64,000 bases of DNA from Phoronis australis (Eukaryota; Animalia; Phoronida): contig NMRA01000132.1 in the NCBI GenBank assembly GCA_002633005.1, positions 434,001 through 498,000 on the forward strand, written 5' to 3'. The position numbers and the translations under genes were made by a program. The notes below the pieces were generated by a model. It was given only the letters and a program-made list of their open reading frames with translations. It had not been told where the DNA came from and searched no databases. Shown here one piece after another: positions 1-14,495 of this stretch (the stretch's first letter is position 1; every line of letters begins with the position of its first letter).

Positions 1-669
1 TCTTTTTTTCGACTTCCTCGAGAGTCCGAAATGCTTAGGAAGTGGCTCGCGGTAGAGAAGAATGATAAGTACGCTGTTATTAGTAAGAATGAGGCCGTGA
101 AACATCTCCGTGTCTGTGGCCGGCAGTCGTCGACACTGAGTCTGACGAATGCCGGCTTACCAAAGAACTATTCATACGTTCCGTTGTCTGTGCATGTTCA
201 CGGCGTCTCTCTAGTATTTCTTGATCACTGTATTTCGTGAGTGCATATATTTTGAGAAGCCAGCAATGAATAAACCGCTGCGTCACCAGCTTTTGGATGC
301 AATAAAGGTAATTAACCGGGCACCGAGGCCGTGTGAGCGCATTCTAATTAAGTGTTTGCTGACAGAAACCCTTGTGAAACAATAACTCGATTTTCTATAC
401 CATGGCCAGGTGTTAGGGGAATCTTCATTTACATATACTTTTTTCAAATAATGATAGTCAATGTACAACTTCTGCTCTGACGGTTCTGTGTTCAAAGCCG
501 GGGGAACCTGAATTCGCGGCCCCCGACGAGTAAGTAGATTTGCAGTTTCGTGGCTAATTCACCAACATAATCACGTGCACATTACTTCTTTGGCTCACTA
601 GTATAGTATTTTTTGACTGAAAGTTTATTTTCCAACTTTGGCTGGTTTATGTTCGTGATGTCTTCAGTT

Positions 670-776
670 CGGCCGCAACGGGCTTGATCGGGCTCCGAGC
701 CACTGGCCGGGATAACAAGTCATTCCGGCCGCGACGGGCCTCATCGGGTTTTGAGCCACTAGCCGGGATAACCAGC
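670..776 (+). repeat. GC-rich 56-bp tandem dimer
   Basis: CGGCCGC(A/G)ACGGGC...GAGCCACT(G/A)GCCGGGATAAC at 670 and 726. Confidence 0.85.
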
Positions 777-3700
777 GTTTTGTGTGTTCAGAACTCAAAA
801 AGTCACAAATCTAAACAAGACAGATCTAGGTTCTCCTGTCTGTATTTCACGGTAGAATACTTCGAATTCATCTCCGAACTCACCCCAAACTCCTGCTACG
901 GTCTTTGGTAAATTGGCCTGTCGAACTTTGTAGGTTACGGTGTGTCCAAATACCAATAAATCCGTAGTAGCAAAATAAAACAACACGTTTTTATAAGAAC
1001 TTGGTGTGTTTTTAAGGGTTTTACATCGATGTATGATGATTTGTTGGTGTTAAACGATGAATTCAAGCCAGTACACCACTAGTAACCAGTGTTGTGAACT
1101 GCTGAACAGACTGCGTGTGAAACCAATGACGTCATTGGATAATTTCAACACCTCCGTCTGCAGTCTGGTCCCGTTATCGAGTAAAACTACTCGATCTAAA
1201 CTCATACAAAATAAGCTGTTTTGGGTGGCATGCTACTTTAAATGAATAACGTGTAAATGTCTGGCATGTCCAGCAACCATTTCCGTCAGAACAACTATCT
1301 GGACATTTCTGTTGTGCTTTTTTGTGGGCTGGATTCATGATTTCTCAATTGTTCATCTTATTTCAAAGGGCCCAAGTTCAGGTATGGAGAATGGTTATTT
1401 TGCCATGTGTTCACTTGATAATGCAGTCACGTTGGACCGCGCGTTACGTGTTGGAGACTTGGCTTCTGTTTTCAACCAGTCAGAGAATAAAACGTGTGCT
1501 TATGACCAACAGAGTCCGTCCGTGCATTTTAAGACCTCACATGACGGTTCCTTTGTGTTTGTGTTTGTTTGTGTGTGTGCGTGTATGTGCGTGATTAGCG
1601 ACGAAGAAAGTGGCCAGTGTCCCACCCACTCATGGCGCGAAATGTGACGCAAAGAGCCGCTAAATCTCTTAGGTTTTTGAAGCTGCATAAAGAGATAGGC
1701 CTACCGACGTTTCTTTTGCGTACCGGACATCTTCCAGAAAAGTTCTCATAGCAATCGCTTTAAAAGTGGGATATTTGAGAATACCTACGTCCCTGGTAGA
1801 CGCAGCACTTGCAGAAAAACTCCTCAGACGACATTCAGCGTGCACAAGATATGATTTTGTTGATCTCTAAGACGGTGGAGACGGAAGCCATCTGTCCGGA
1901 CACGTAACGCGCTCTTGAGTTCGCGTATCAAGTGAAGACATGCCCGCGGCAAAATCCCCATCGCCCACTTGAAACCCAGCGCCCTCGGAACTTGGGAGAA
2001 CATTAGGTTGCCATGCGTCATTCCATGATGAGCTCTCAGCGCATAATGAAGTGGCATGGATAAATAGGTAATTATGACCATTCCAGAAATTTTCGCGATA
2101 AGATAATATTCACGAACATCATAAAATATGATTTGAATTAAGTGTATGTCTCGATTTTTCTGTGAACCTGCCTGATAAATTACACATCGAGAATTGCATT
2201 GTTTGGCAGTCAATTGACGTAGTAACTAGATTTTCAGCATTTTAGCTCTATTTTCATTACTAGGCTAATTATACGTCTGTAAGACCCGTCCTCGTGAACA
2301 GTTTTATTATCTTCAATAGCGAATAGGCCCTAGAACCGGTCCAAACCCACACCTAATTTGTTAATTTGGCAACCATTTTGTTTATGCCAAAATGGATGGT
2401 TAATAACTCAAAAGCGAAATTCTAAACTGGGCTCATCAAGTTTTGCCTACCTTAATTACGTTATGAAGCTAGAATCTCGACGTTTACTGAAACGTATGCT
2501 TGTAGCATGTTGTATGGACATATTTCTCATAAGTACATCAAGGGCCGGGGTCTACTTGAAATTGAGCTCGAAATTATTTTTGCCATTTTCATGCGCGAAC
2601 TCAAGTGTCTATTACTCTGTGCTCGAGCACATAGTGATTTATACGGCATATTATGTATTCGTGCTACGTCTACAAACTCGAGTAAAAACTCGAGATTTCG
2701 AGTTCAGACTTGAACTTTTAGCCTTTAAGTGCTTAAAATCACCAATTTTATACCAATAACACCAAAAAACAACCCCACCTGTCAATCAGCAAACACCATC
2801 TTGGCTAATCTCGACGAGCATTTACTAGTGGATACATACTACGTAAAATCGGGATAACCGATCACAGCACTGGTCTTTATTCATTGTGGTTAATATAAAA
2901 AGTTATCAGATATTGCTGCTCCTGTTCCCGTGGTATATGGTATAATAAGGAATGGTGAGACGTTGCGTTTGTGGTGGTTGTGACAGCTTTGTATTGCGCT
3001 GTGGCTCTTTTCACTTTCCCGCAAGACATCGGAAAAGCGCGGGTATGGCATAAATTAGTACAAGAAACTCGCGTGTTGATGGTAATGACAGACTGGCACG
3101 TTCATACGTCCGTAGAGCTTAGATAATAACTCAAAGTTGCTTTTCTTCTATTTTCTCGTTTTGGGGATTTTGAATTCACGATTGTGATATGCAATACTAT
3201 AAAGGAAAGTTCAATGACAATGTAGTCACTTGTCAGAACAATGTAAATAGTGGCCATAAATATTTAAATGTCGTGGTCATCAAATGCAAACTAGGATTGT
3301 AAAGGTATCCACGTAAGCCATTATGTACTCGAACATATATTAACAGAAACTTATCTCGAGTAAAAAGATTTAGACCCCGGGCTTTGAAGATAAAAGTTAC
3401 TTGACGCTATAAAATGTCAGACCCCTATTATTTCCGTAAGCTACATGTGTCGCAACTCTTTTATCTTCCAAAACACGCCAGTATTTGTGTAATCACTTAA
3501 TTTTAGTATCGCCCGCTCTGTACCTCTCAACGGACTGCTACACTGCCGTGTCAGTCGTTTTCGAATTATGCAAATCATCTCACCGGCTGTTTTATATAAC
3601 AATATGCAAAACTTAAGTTTAATAACGTTAAACATTTCAAAATGTCGTTGCCTTATTTCTTGTTTCATCTAAAAAAACGTTTGACAAGCATTACATTTTT

Positions 3701-6077
3701 CCACATTATTTTCACCGTTTTCCATATTCTGTGGACTGAAAGATAGCCTGCAGCCACCCTTTTGACACCAGAATACAAAGTATTTTTGAACAAAATATTG
3801 TTTTTGATTTTACATTCCACATAAAGTAATTAATTAGCACTTACTTTATCGCTTAATACAGTGGCACTGCAGTCGGACGTATGCTGGTTTTCTAAATTTG
3901 TCAATATGGTTTCCAATATGGCGGCGAAATCTATCACGTGGGCGAAACATCGTCTTGGAAACAACTAAAAATGTTCAGCACGTCATGAACATTCAAAAAT
4001 GAATATAACCTATTTCAGCAGAGTGTCTCTAGGTGGGGTGATACTCTGCCGTGTCAACCATTAAATGCAAATTAGTGGAGCGATATCTCATGGGTTGTTG
4101 TAAAACTTATCATTCAAATATGATGTCTAGAACCTGAAGCATCTAAAAATCCCTCTATGTTTGAATCATTTATTGTTTTATAGTTTTCTACAAAAAATGA
4201 CCACCAATGATTACATTTTTCGCATTTTTCACCGTTACCTCGCTAAATTCGTTCGTTAATACAAAACTGACCAAACACGCAATTAAATCAGGAAATACTA
4301 ATGAAACATTTTCTGTTTTCTGTATCTCGCATTGATAACATATCCTAAGATGGTTTGCAGTATGACACCAAAACTACCTTGGGACATAAATTCGTCATGG
4401 GTACAACAAAATGCGTTAAGTACATGCCATGAGGATTTAAAACATATAGGTTAGAAAAATATACCCTTTGGGTTCATGGGGACCCTGTTCTACCTAAACC
4501 AATTGGTTGATGTGATTCCAGACCATTATACGAATAGAGAAACCTATTTTTATTGGCAGCAGTCAAAACACCGAGCAGCGCACTGTTCTCTTGAATTGTG
4601 TGTTGTCACGTGCTCTCCAATTGCGTCTGATAACGGAATATCCTCTTGCTATATCACGTCTTAGGTCAAAGCGGACTATTGAAACGAGTGTTACGGTCAC
4701 CAAAACTACAAGGTAAGCACAATACTCTGCCACACTTTCAGTGAACCTTGTTGCTAATAACTTTGAATTTGAGACAATATTATGTTTGGTTTTGCACATG
4801 ACAGGCTTTATAAATTTTGAATAAGACGTTCATAATGTATTCATCAGAGTTTTATTAGGGGGGCGTTATTTCCTCGTCAAATCGAGTGTATTCGCATTTA
4901 AGCAGTGAGTATTATACAACTAAGAATCATCAGGTTGCCCAAGATTCTTTTAAGTTTTCGTGCATTCGGGTGATTTGCACATAATTCCGAATCTCCTGCG
5001 AAAACGTCTGTGCTTGTATGCGTACCGTAAGCTACATTCGTCGTAGGTCAAGCTCGGTTAATTTAGAACCACATTTGCGTGTTTCGATTTTTTTCTAATT
5101 GACACATAACACGAGTCGATAGGAAACTGATTTGTGCCTTAATTTCCACTTGAGTGTGATTGTGGCGATGTCTGTAGTTTTATACTCTGCCTTGAAATTT
5201 TCGTCAACAGTTCGGTTTCGTATGAATTGCTACTATCTGGTATATAACGGAGTGTGTGCTGGTCGTGGAGCTATCGCCCTTTGTTGACCCTGTTGAGGTT
5301 GTCTATGCAGGGATATATCTGCTATGAATTAGCTGGCCAAATAAACCATAATCTATTCGAATCCGTGCCGTGCTCTTTGGCTACTTTTGCGGGATACCAC
5401 AACATTGGTGTTTTTAATATCATAAAGTGTTGTACTTTAAAAATCTAAAAACTTCCCAATGTCTGACAAGCACGTTTTCCAGAAATTTGACCCATAAATT
5501 TGACATTTTGCAAAATTCACAATTCACACAGTTTGGTGGTGGTGTAAAAACAATGTTGTGCTATGTTGCTTTGGATACGATGCCTCGTTTTAGCACCAAT
5601 TTTAACAACGCAAGCGTGAAAGCGCTTGTTCCAGACATGCACAACCATTTGTAAATTGAGACACATCATAAGCATTGTGGCGAATATTCGTGAGTTAAGA
5701 ACATACAACCATTCTTTAACAACAACACTGAGCAAAAACTGAATGCTATTTTGATTTGGTTTTGTTCACTTGAAGTTACTAGACGAGAAAAGTGACGAAT
5801 ATTAATTATGCAACTAGTTGAAAAAATACTCAAAATAGAAAAATAAATATTTTAGCAGCGCCTCTTGTTGACTGAAAAATACACCCCTATATTGTGAGCT
5901 CATATCAAAGGAATAATATTTTTAACCATTTTTGAACTTAATAGAGGATTAATAAATCAATCGAATTATGAATGATTTACATTTGCAATGCTTCTTTACT
6001 TAATCTTCATCACTTTCACTCTAACATTGTCATGATTCGTAAGATTCAAATTGCACCTTAGTTGCCAATTGGGGCGA

Positions 6078-6300
6078 CACACTGAACACACACTGAGCAC
6101 GATAGAATGTTGTCAATATTTTCCACAAGGTTACAATTTTAATTTTATCTAACAACACACTACACACTTAATTCACTTCATCATCGTCAACAACGACATC
6201 ATCATTTTGAGCAAAAGTTGTTTCATGAAACACCGTGTTTACGCAATCTCGACAATCATGCAACTCGGTAAATGGCATACCCGACTTAAAACACGAGCAC
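6078..6300 (+). repeat. Diverged ~220-bp direct repeat; partner at 11586-11809
   Basis: CACACTGAACACACA..GAG.ACGA.AGAATGTTG.CAATATTTTCCA shared, with similarity continuing to GAGCAC. Confidence 0.7.
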
Positions 6301-7155
6301 ATAAGGATGTGCTCTCAAAATGGCGGCACTTCCGTATCCTAGTAGACTAGGGCACAAGCCAAATTTCCGGACTCAGTTTACTCGAAACAACTTCGAGGAA
6401 TTACTGAATCATTTGTGACAGTCAGTCACTTCCCATATAAAACTTTCGTCACACCTGACCACCCCATTTTCTTCATTTTGGGGGGCTACACAGACATCTA
6501 CTGTGGTCTTAGATCGAGGGCAAGCGGAAGTCACGTTAGTGCTCTCGTTACTGTAGAGAGCGCCAATGTGAAAAGTCCGACTGTTTGCAATCAGTAGCTT
6601 TTCTCAGACAAAGACAGGTAATGTGTGTAAAGACCAGAAGCTCGGAACTGTGAGCAGAGTCGGAGGCGTGAATATTGTAAGGGACAGATATCTTGCCGGT
6701 CTTATTGCTATGTCAATAATTCATACAATCATATAATAATTCATCCACTCAGCAGTGCCACAGTTGGCACAAAACTCGTGTTTGATTTGAGAAGCAGATT
6801 CAGAACGCAGACATCTTGAGAGTGGCGCGAACACAATATTCTCTTGTCGTTGGCCTTGCTGTTCTGATAATACTGCACTGACACCTAGTGGTTAACTGAA
6901 TATTTGGGACTGTTTTTCCAACATTTAAACTAAGATTCTTACTTAACGTGCAACTGTATTCGTGGGAAGTTTGTTGAAATTGATTTTGAACATCTGGAGA
7001 CGGATTTAATCCAAAGCTCCCTGAAGAAGTCACGGACGTGGAAGAGGAGGCTGATACTATGGTCTGAAGCATTATCGTAATTCACTTACCAGCTAAGCAC
7101 TTGATAAGACTCTGCCACAGCGCCGGTGATGCCAAAAAGCAACACTACGACTTAC

Positions 7156-8711
7156 AGTGTCATCAGAGTCACTATCAGCATCAAATTTAACCCATAGATA
7201 ACTTCCACTAACAGTTAACATTACTGTGCATAAGAAAAATGTGAATTCTCATCTCTTGCTTGTTATACGAAGTTCTTTCGCGGTCGCAGGATCGTGCTTT
7301 GTCTTGCTCACCTAACTAAACGAAAATAAAAGAATCGAAAACATGTTTGGCCACCTCTGAACACAATACACACCTCTGATCTTGGTAATGTGACTTTAAA
7401 CCTCACCTGTTTTATTTATGTAATTCATAAGTGAGTGATTATTCTCGGGCGCATTCTATGATATTCCACTGAGTAGCCACATGTCATAACATTGACGACT
7501 ATCAGATATCCAGTGCAATGGTTGTTAGTGTAGCCGGTGGTGAGAGATAACAAAGTGCCCGGTGGCATGATATATCCCCAAATAGAGACGCAACTGAGCT
7601 CCCTAAATTTACTCCGTATTTGTGCACTTATGAAAACACCAACTGTCCTTTCTGATGCTGTTTTGGTTCCTTTTCTAGGTCGACATTTGGATTTGATACA
7701 AATCGAAATGAACTCTTCGTTGAATTTTCAATATTATTGAAAATAAATTGTGATCTTTTCATGCAATTAATTTAAGGATTAATTTCCTATTTGTTTTCAT
7801 TGAACTGTGGGGTCGGTTTTTAGTTATTTTATTAGAAAATGTCATGGGTAAAAAGGAGCTCATAATAAAGATTAAATGATAAAAAATTAAAGAAAGACAC
7901 AAATACGCAAAAAATAGGAAACTTAGTTGAGTCCCTATTTGGGACTGTTTCATGCGTCAAGGCAAAGAAGATTTCAAAAAGCACACGTCTCTCACAAGTA
8001 TTCGTGGATATGAGTCTTCTGTTGTACCGTTATTAAGCCCACTTTTGCAAAAGTCATTGCTTTCACTAAACAGACGTGATCTTCACGGGCTCTGCTGGAA
8101 AGCAAAGATAGCAAATTCTATATGATTAAGTTAATACGAGGTTTTATGAATCCTTCGACATATTCTGTAGCGCGTCCTCTTGACAGTTACCGAGGAGTCT
8201 GAACAAGAACAGTGAAACGAGTCATCGGTAATCAGAACAAGACTGTGGCACGTCAGTTTTCAACTCTAGTTGGTTGTCAAATTTTTCGGTAAAAACATTA
8301 CTAATATTAGTGAAGTATGCAAGTTGTCCCGTCCCGAGTTTAGAAGACCACCAGCACGAAGCAGTATTGAAAAGCTATTCAACTTGGAATTACCTTTTCC
8401 TACTAACGTGGCTAAAGTCATCTGAAAGATATCGAAGTGGTATCAAAACTCCCAAGCTTCCATCATTGCTAGAAGCATATTATGGTGTACTTTGTATTCT
8501 CTGCTTAGCGACTTCTAAATATTTCAATTATAAATAAGGTTAATCAACCACACATGTCTCAAAGCTTTCCATGCCACAATATCGTTTTCCATTCTGATCC
8601 TTGGTGTGTATACTGGTAATTTTTACAGAGTTTTCCAGACCTTCCATAAGTGGATTACCTCGCACTAAAATTAGCCTTGATCCACCAATTGCTTGACTCG
8701 GTGGAAACCAC
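7156..8711 (-). pseudogene. Tentative CUB-domain-like exon pair (8711-8554, 7223-7156); gene or pseudogene status unknown
   Basis: Joined in phase: WFPPSQAIGGSRLILV...NSVKITSIHTKDQNGKRYCGMESFET/LMLTVSGSYLWVKFDADSDSDDT. The 68-nt exon has strong splice sites (tttttcttatgcacag / gtaagt); the upstream donor (gtgtgg) is weak. Confidence 0.3.
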
Positions 8712-11700
8712 CTGCTGTCATAAGAAGTAAATGTTTATGCAGAGAGCATGGCCTTTAAGTCAAGCTTAAATTGTACAATTTTTATGTTGATGTCCTAATA
8801 AGAAAGGGTGGAAATGTAACTAGTAACTTGCATTGAATTAAGATAGTACACATAGTAAGCATTAAGACGTTTATAACCGAAATCACTTCTTTTGGGGTTT
8901 TCTTGGATCCCAAATGTGTGCCTGGAAACGCGTTTGAAAACGAGGTCATGTGAACTGAAAAAACGTGCTGCCTTGACGTTGAACTCAAAATTCATAGTTC
9001 AACTACATTAAATTTTTAAATTCGGCGCACAAAAACAGCAATTATGGCAACTCAATCCGGTTTGATTTATCATAAGTTTCATCACCAGCACGTATGCGCG
9101 TGCGTGCGTCTATGCAAAAAACAACGCGTTGCAGTTAAATACTCATCATTTCGTCTCGTGCTAACTTAACTTTTGAAATAAGCTTAGCAATAGTTCTTAT
9201 CGCCTGAGCAGAACTTGTCTGCTTATCTTCACATTCTCGGGTTCACCTCAACGCCTTTTTTGCAAATACAGTTTGTTTGCTCCGAAGGAACTGGACTCCT
9301 GAATACGAAACCAGTCTTTGTCCCTGTTGCACTTGTATAGCACTTTTAGAAGCCGGTGGTTACGTGATAAGACTGCATCTGGCTGATTCAGTTCCCACTC
9401 AGACGGTGGGTAAAAATGAGTTTCATACGGCTATATTTATCTCATTGGGGTGCGGCATCTAATATTGCCAATGGGAAATAATAATTGTTTGCTTTAAAGA
9501 CATGTGGCAACAGAAATGTTCTTCGCGCAAAACACTAGGCTTGAAAGTACATACAAAACGTACATTTCTCCTATTTCCAGCAACGTCTGCGGAAGTACAT
9601 CTCTTAATTGATGCTTGAACATTTAGCACATAAATATCACTGATCATTCATATCCCACTACTGTTCGCCTGGAAAGGCCGGTGTCTCCATCTGTTAAATA
9701 CCCTTAAATAATCCGCTATTTCACCTGTGCGATTTGGCCCAGCAGCACAGCGTTCCGCTGCTACTTCAGAGATACAATGTAGTCTGTTCAATTCCACGCT
9801 GTTGCAGCTACCTCCTGTAAAATAACCTTCCTCAACAAGAATACCCCTTTAACGTTCCACCTTTTGAAAGACCGCTACAGTATTTTACGTGTTCGAGTAA
9901 CCTGGCGTTGTGCGATGCTTTCAGATCCTTGCTGATAAGGTTCTATCCCTTGGTAAACCATGCACTCAATCACTTTTCCATAGCAGGATAGAAAAATATT
10001 CCCATTCCCAAAAAGATATTGACAGGTAAAATCCCATTGATTTTGTCAGTACGGGCTGACCTCTCGAAATTGGATCAGTCTCTGTTAATTGCACATAGTC
10101 TCCCATCTAGTTTTGGTAGTGCAAACCGACTGCTATGATGGCAAAGGAATTGTTTAGATCGTGTTAATTGCTAATTCACGATTTCCTTGTTTGGCCAGAA
10201 TAAGGAATTTTCTCCCAGTTGAGTCTGGAAACTTGTTAATTGTCCATCGTATTGTAATTAAGAAGTATCTGAATCACTTTACAAGATTTGTTATACCTGT
10301 ACTCTGGTAACAACACGTTCATTTGGCTCTGAGTTCAGTAGCTAAAAGTAACGGTGTAGTATATGATTGCTGATAAGCGCTAGATGACCTCGCTGTTTTA
10401 TCAAAGCATCACCAGACAAATACCTTACTTCATTTACATTTCCTAGGAAAGGCTAGCCAGACTGCTCAATGACAGTTATTTACTCAAGGCGCTTGAGTTT
10501 ATGTTTTTAAAACGATAGCTTAGCTCAAGAGATTATTTTCGCACATTGGCTCAACATTTTACGCTTTGATTACAGGCATCAACAAGTCTCCCTTACTCCA
10601 GGGCGTATCAACCACATGTGAGTGTTTTCTTTTTTTCATCCATTTTAACTACTTTTTTCACGAATATAAAGCCTACCTTGAAGGATAGCACAAGTGAACT
10701 TTGTTAAAAGCATCATTGACCACTCTGAAGTCGTCAACTGCTGTAATTAATACTTAATTTCCGGCACCGCAGGAATATGAGCAGCGGTAAGTACAAAAAT
10801 TGTTCAAAAATAAAAACCTAGTTTGTAAATTTAATATCAGTTAATAAATTCAGTACTATTTAAAATAAATATCAGTCATATTTTGTAAATTCAATGCTAT
10901 TTACTCAATTCACTCGTGCTTAAAATAAAAATCAATCCTATTTTGACAATTCAATCTTACATTCGTACTTACGTACTTTCCGCTGCCCACATAAATCCTC
11001 TGTTACATACACTTACGGACAGCAACATGGTGTTTTATTCAGTATACTCTGGTACCCGCGACAGATACATACTTTTGTCGCGGGTATCGGCGTATGATGA
11101 AACTATGGTTGGCCAAACAGATCAACATTACGCACGTAAATTAATTGTTTACGGCGTAAATTAATTCGCGAAAATTATTTTTTTGTGGCCAAAATAACTT
11201 TGGATGCGTATATTGATTAGTAACGGAGTAATTCTCTACGGCGGCGTAAATTAAAACGACTGCCATCGGCTGTTGTTTTGTTACTGTTTTCTCGTGGCTA
11301 CTCCATGTGTCTTTAGACGCGCCGGAGTTGAGAGTGTTTTTAAACACTCCGACGCAAGAATACATGTTTAAATCATGTGTTGATGAAGCAATACTGGGGC
11401 TATCTGGACAATCCAATACATCCGAAATAACTCTGTTTGAGAAAGGCTTTATTAATTATAATTATAATTATAATTAAAATTACGATAATGCGCAAAGTCC
11501 TTGTACACTTTTGGAATTTTAGTAGCCTCAAGTTTTTTCAAGGCTTCTAAAATATCCGAGGTGCTCTGGATGCAGTTCTGACAGTCACACTGAACACACA
11601 ATGAGTACGACAGAATGTTGGCAATATTTTCCATAATGCTACAGTGTTTGAAATCTTTAACAACACAGCACGCACTTATCAGGTGGCTCCACCACCATCA

Positions 11701-12391
11701 CCGTCATCATAATCGTCGTCAGCAAAAATGTTTTGAGACACCGTCTTACTCCGATTCTCGACAGCCACACAGCTCAGAACATGGCATGCCTGGCTTCAAA
11801 CAGGAGCACCGGCCACTTTTTACATTTATATATGCAGTTAACATTTAGCATGACTTGTTCTGAGGCTAATGACAGAGTCATCCAGTGAAATTTCAGATTA
11901 CCGTGTTCCAACAGTTACCCCGTTACTGTTGCGAGGGTCGTATATGATTTGAACAGTGACAGTTTGCTTTTTCGGCATATAACAGCAAACAATCATGATA
12001 AGGAGGTAAAGGAGATTCCATCACCTGAATATGTGGTAACACACAAAGGGTTCAGTGACCTCCACGAGTTGATCAGGAAACTCAAATGTTGAACCCAACT
12101 CTCGCAGGACTGTCTAGCAGCAACTGCAGCGTTCTGATCTTGCCTTTATCATTGAAAGACACGAACTGGGTGACCGTTCCTGTGAATATGTGTAAACCAA
12201 GCAATGCTTTAGCCTCGGCCGTGAGATTTTCAGTTGTAGTAAGGTCAAAACGACACTACAACAGGAGAACAGGCTAATAAACCTCTTGTCTACCTGGTGG
12301 TGTACAAGATGGATTACACCGATTATTCACCGTGGGCTTTTCACTGAACGATTTTAATTACCCATGATACACATTTATTTTATGCCAAAGT

Positions 12392-12855
12392 ATGAATACG
12401 AACTTCAAAATCAGGGCATTTGTTAACTATGACATTGTATTACATCGACGTTTCGGTTTATTGTCACTAATCCATTCTCAAGACAAATGTTCGATATTCC
12501 AGTCAGGTAACAGGCGGAAAACAGTCTGCACAGGTACACGTCAAAATGCATTGTGAGGGGAGATACCTGCATCAAAACAGGTGAAGCTCAAATGAACCGA
12601 AGTTCCATTCAGATAGCGTTCAGCTTTATTCAACCGTATATATACAGCCTCCTTTGTGATTATTCTGAGGGTGGCATTATCCTTGTCCAAGATCTGAACA
12701 CCAGAGTAATCTATAGTGTGTGACCTGAGGTCAATGACTGACCGATTGGAAATTGTGAAAGTTGGTCTTGAGAAAAGGGTTTAGTGACAATAAATCAAAA
12801 CGTCGATGAATACCATGCCTTTGCTTATATATACGCTGATTTTGAAGTGATACAC
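12392..12855 (-). mobile_element. 5'-truncated Penelope-like retroelement (GIY-YIG tail + inverted pseudo-LTR)
   Basis: Minus frame 12732-12541 reads HTIDYSGVQILDKDNATLRIITKEAVYIRLNKAERYLN, typical of the PLE GIY-YIG C-terminus. It is flanked by ~90-bp inverted repeats (12400-12490 / 12760-12853). Confidence 0.75.
12443..12487 (-). ncRNA. Minimal type I hammerhead-like motif (U3-A8 core variant) in the Penelope pLTR
   Basis: Minus strand UGUC-UUGAGAA-U-GGAUUAGUGACAAUAAACC-GAAA-CG-UC-GAUG: core UUGANAA, stem II, GAAA, palindromic ACGU. The inverted copy at 12763-12810 has GAAA changed to AAAA. Confidence 0.45.
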
Positions 12856-13806
12856 AATTTCAAATTACAAAAGAGTTTACTTTGGTCGCTACAACAGCTT
12901 TTACAAGATAAAAGAAATCGACCGACTGGAAAGTTCACTGATTTCTTGCACGACTGGACCATTAAACTTAATTTAGACACCGGCAGCCGTGTCGGAGCCG
13001 TCCGTCAGTGAGTTTTTGGGAAGGTGGGTTTTATTATTTTTTGTTTTAGTCATACAGTTTGGTTTCAAAGCAATGACTCAAAAAATCATGGATTTCCACT
13101 AAAACTTTCAGAATATGAAGTATAGCTTTAGATGTTTGGTAATTCTAGAACGCAACACGATCTGAGTTTTCTTAAAATCGTTAATTATTTTTGCGCATGA
13201 CTTCGTTGGAGCCTTGTAATTTCTGTTCTATAGAAAATACTGAAATAGTGTCGCGGCAGTGATTTTCAAAATATTCATCAAAACTAGATAGCACAACCGT
13301 TTCCCAATTCCTATTGTCTATTTGCTTTAGATGTTACAATCGCGGACACACAGCCTACTGCAAAGACAGTTCAACAGTGACGCAGTCATAGTACAGGACC
13401 GTAGCCAGCGTTGCACGGGGTGTGGTTCGAATTTCTAGAACGGTGGACTATTGATATTTTGCAAGGGTTTTCGGTAAGGCCCTAGACGCACGTAATTAGG
13501 GGGACGGGGAACCTGCACACACATTAATGACTCTCAGCTCTATGTTCCTGAGATGAGACGGAATTCATATTACCAGAAATGAGAATGCTATCATGGGCTG
13601 CTCGCAAAGAACGGGGGTCAAATTCGGATGTAATGTGGTCAAGAAAGAGAGTGTTCTCGTGTTACTTCTTGCCAAACTTTCAAATCAGACGTGCTTAAAT
13701 GGATTGATTGCACCTCGTTACATTTTCGGGTGGCAATATTTAGTCAGAAAATGTTTATTTGGTTTTATTTTTGCGTATTATTTAAGTTGCTTACATCGCT
13801 GGAAAT

Positions 13807-14495
13807 GGATTCAACTGCCCATTATTCCGACGGTTTTCTACTCCGAAGGTTCACTATTTCGATAGTTCACAACTTCGAAGTTTCACTAGCTCCGGAGGTT
13901 CACTACTCCAAAAATATCTAAAATTTATATTAATTTATATATGCAAAAATAAATCACACTTCGGTTATGTGATTCATTGAGTGGCATACCTGTACCAAAA
14001 ACAGCACCCAGGAAATAAAACACTTTGTCTGGATTTCATGAGCATGCGAAATTACCTGCATATCTTAATACGGAAAACTGAGTACGTACTTGCATTTTTA
14101 AAAGAATGTCAAGTGGGAATACTAATGAATTATCAACCACGATACATTCATCAAATCCATTTCAAGAGCTCATCATTTCATAGCGCGACTACGCCTCCAC
14201 TTCTCCCACCGGAACCACTCGCAAGACCCGGTCCAAACTGAATGTAGTTGGTAGGCTACCCTGTCCCTGCGAGTCTTTGCGAAGTCAGAGAGTCCCATCG
14301 CCGTTGGTAGCCGCAGCCCGGACCCATGACCCAGGTGTTGCCCTGCTTGAGAACGAGTCGTTAGAAATTGTGGACATTCGAATTAGTGATCTTTCCAAGG
14401 TTCCGAACTTTCGAAGTAGTGAAACTTCGGAGAAGTGAATCTTTGGAGTAATGGACCTTCAGAGTAGCGAACCTTCGGAATAGTGACATACAACC
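13807..14495. mobile_element. Foldback-type MITE with ~16-bp subterminal tandem repeats
   Basis: GG...CC ends; CCGAAGGTTCACTACT-like units run forward at 13820-13910 and inverted at 14400-14487; 8-bp flanks CTGGAAAT/TTGGAAAT. Confidence 0.7.

Noticed and set aside
4665-4712. 48-nt plus-strand segment with good AG/GTAAG sites
   Set aside because: No recognisable peptide or partner exons; such sites arise by chance.
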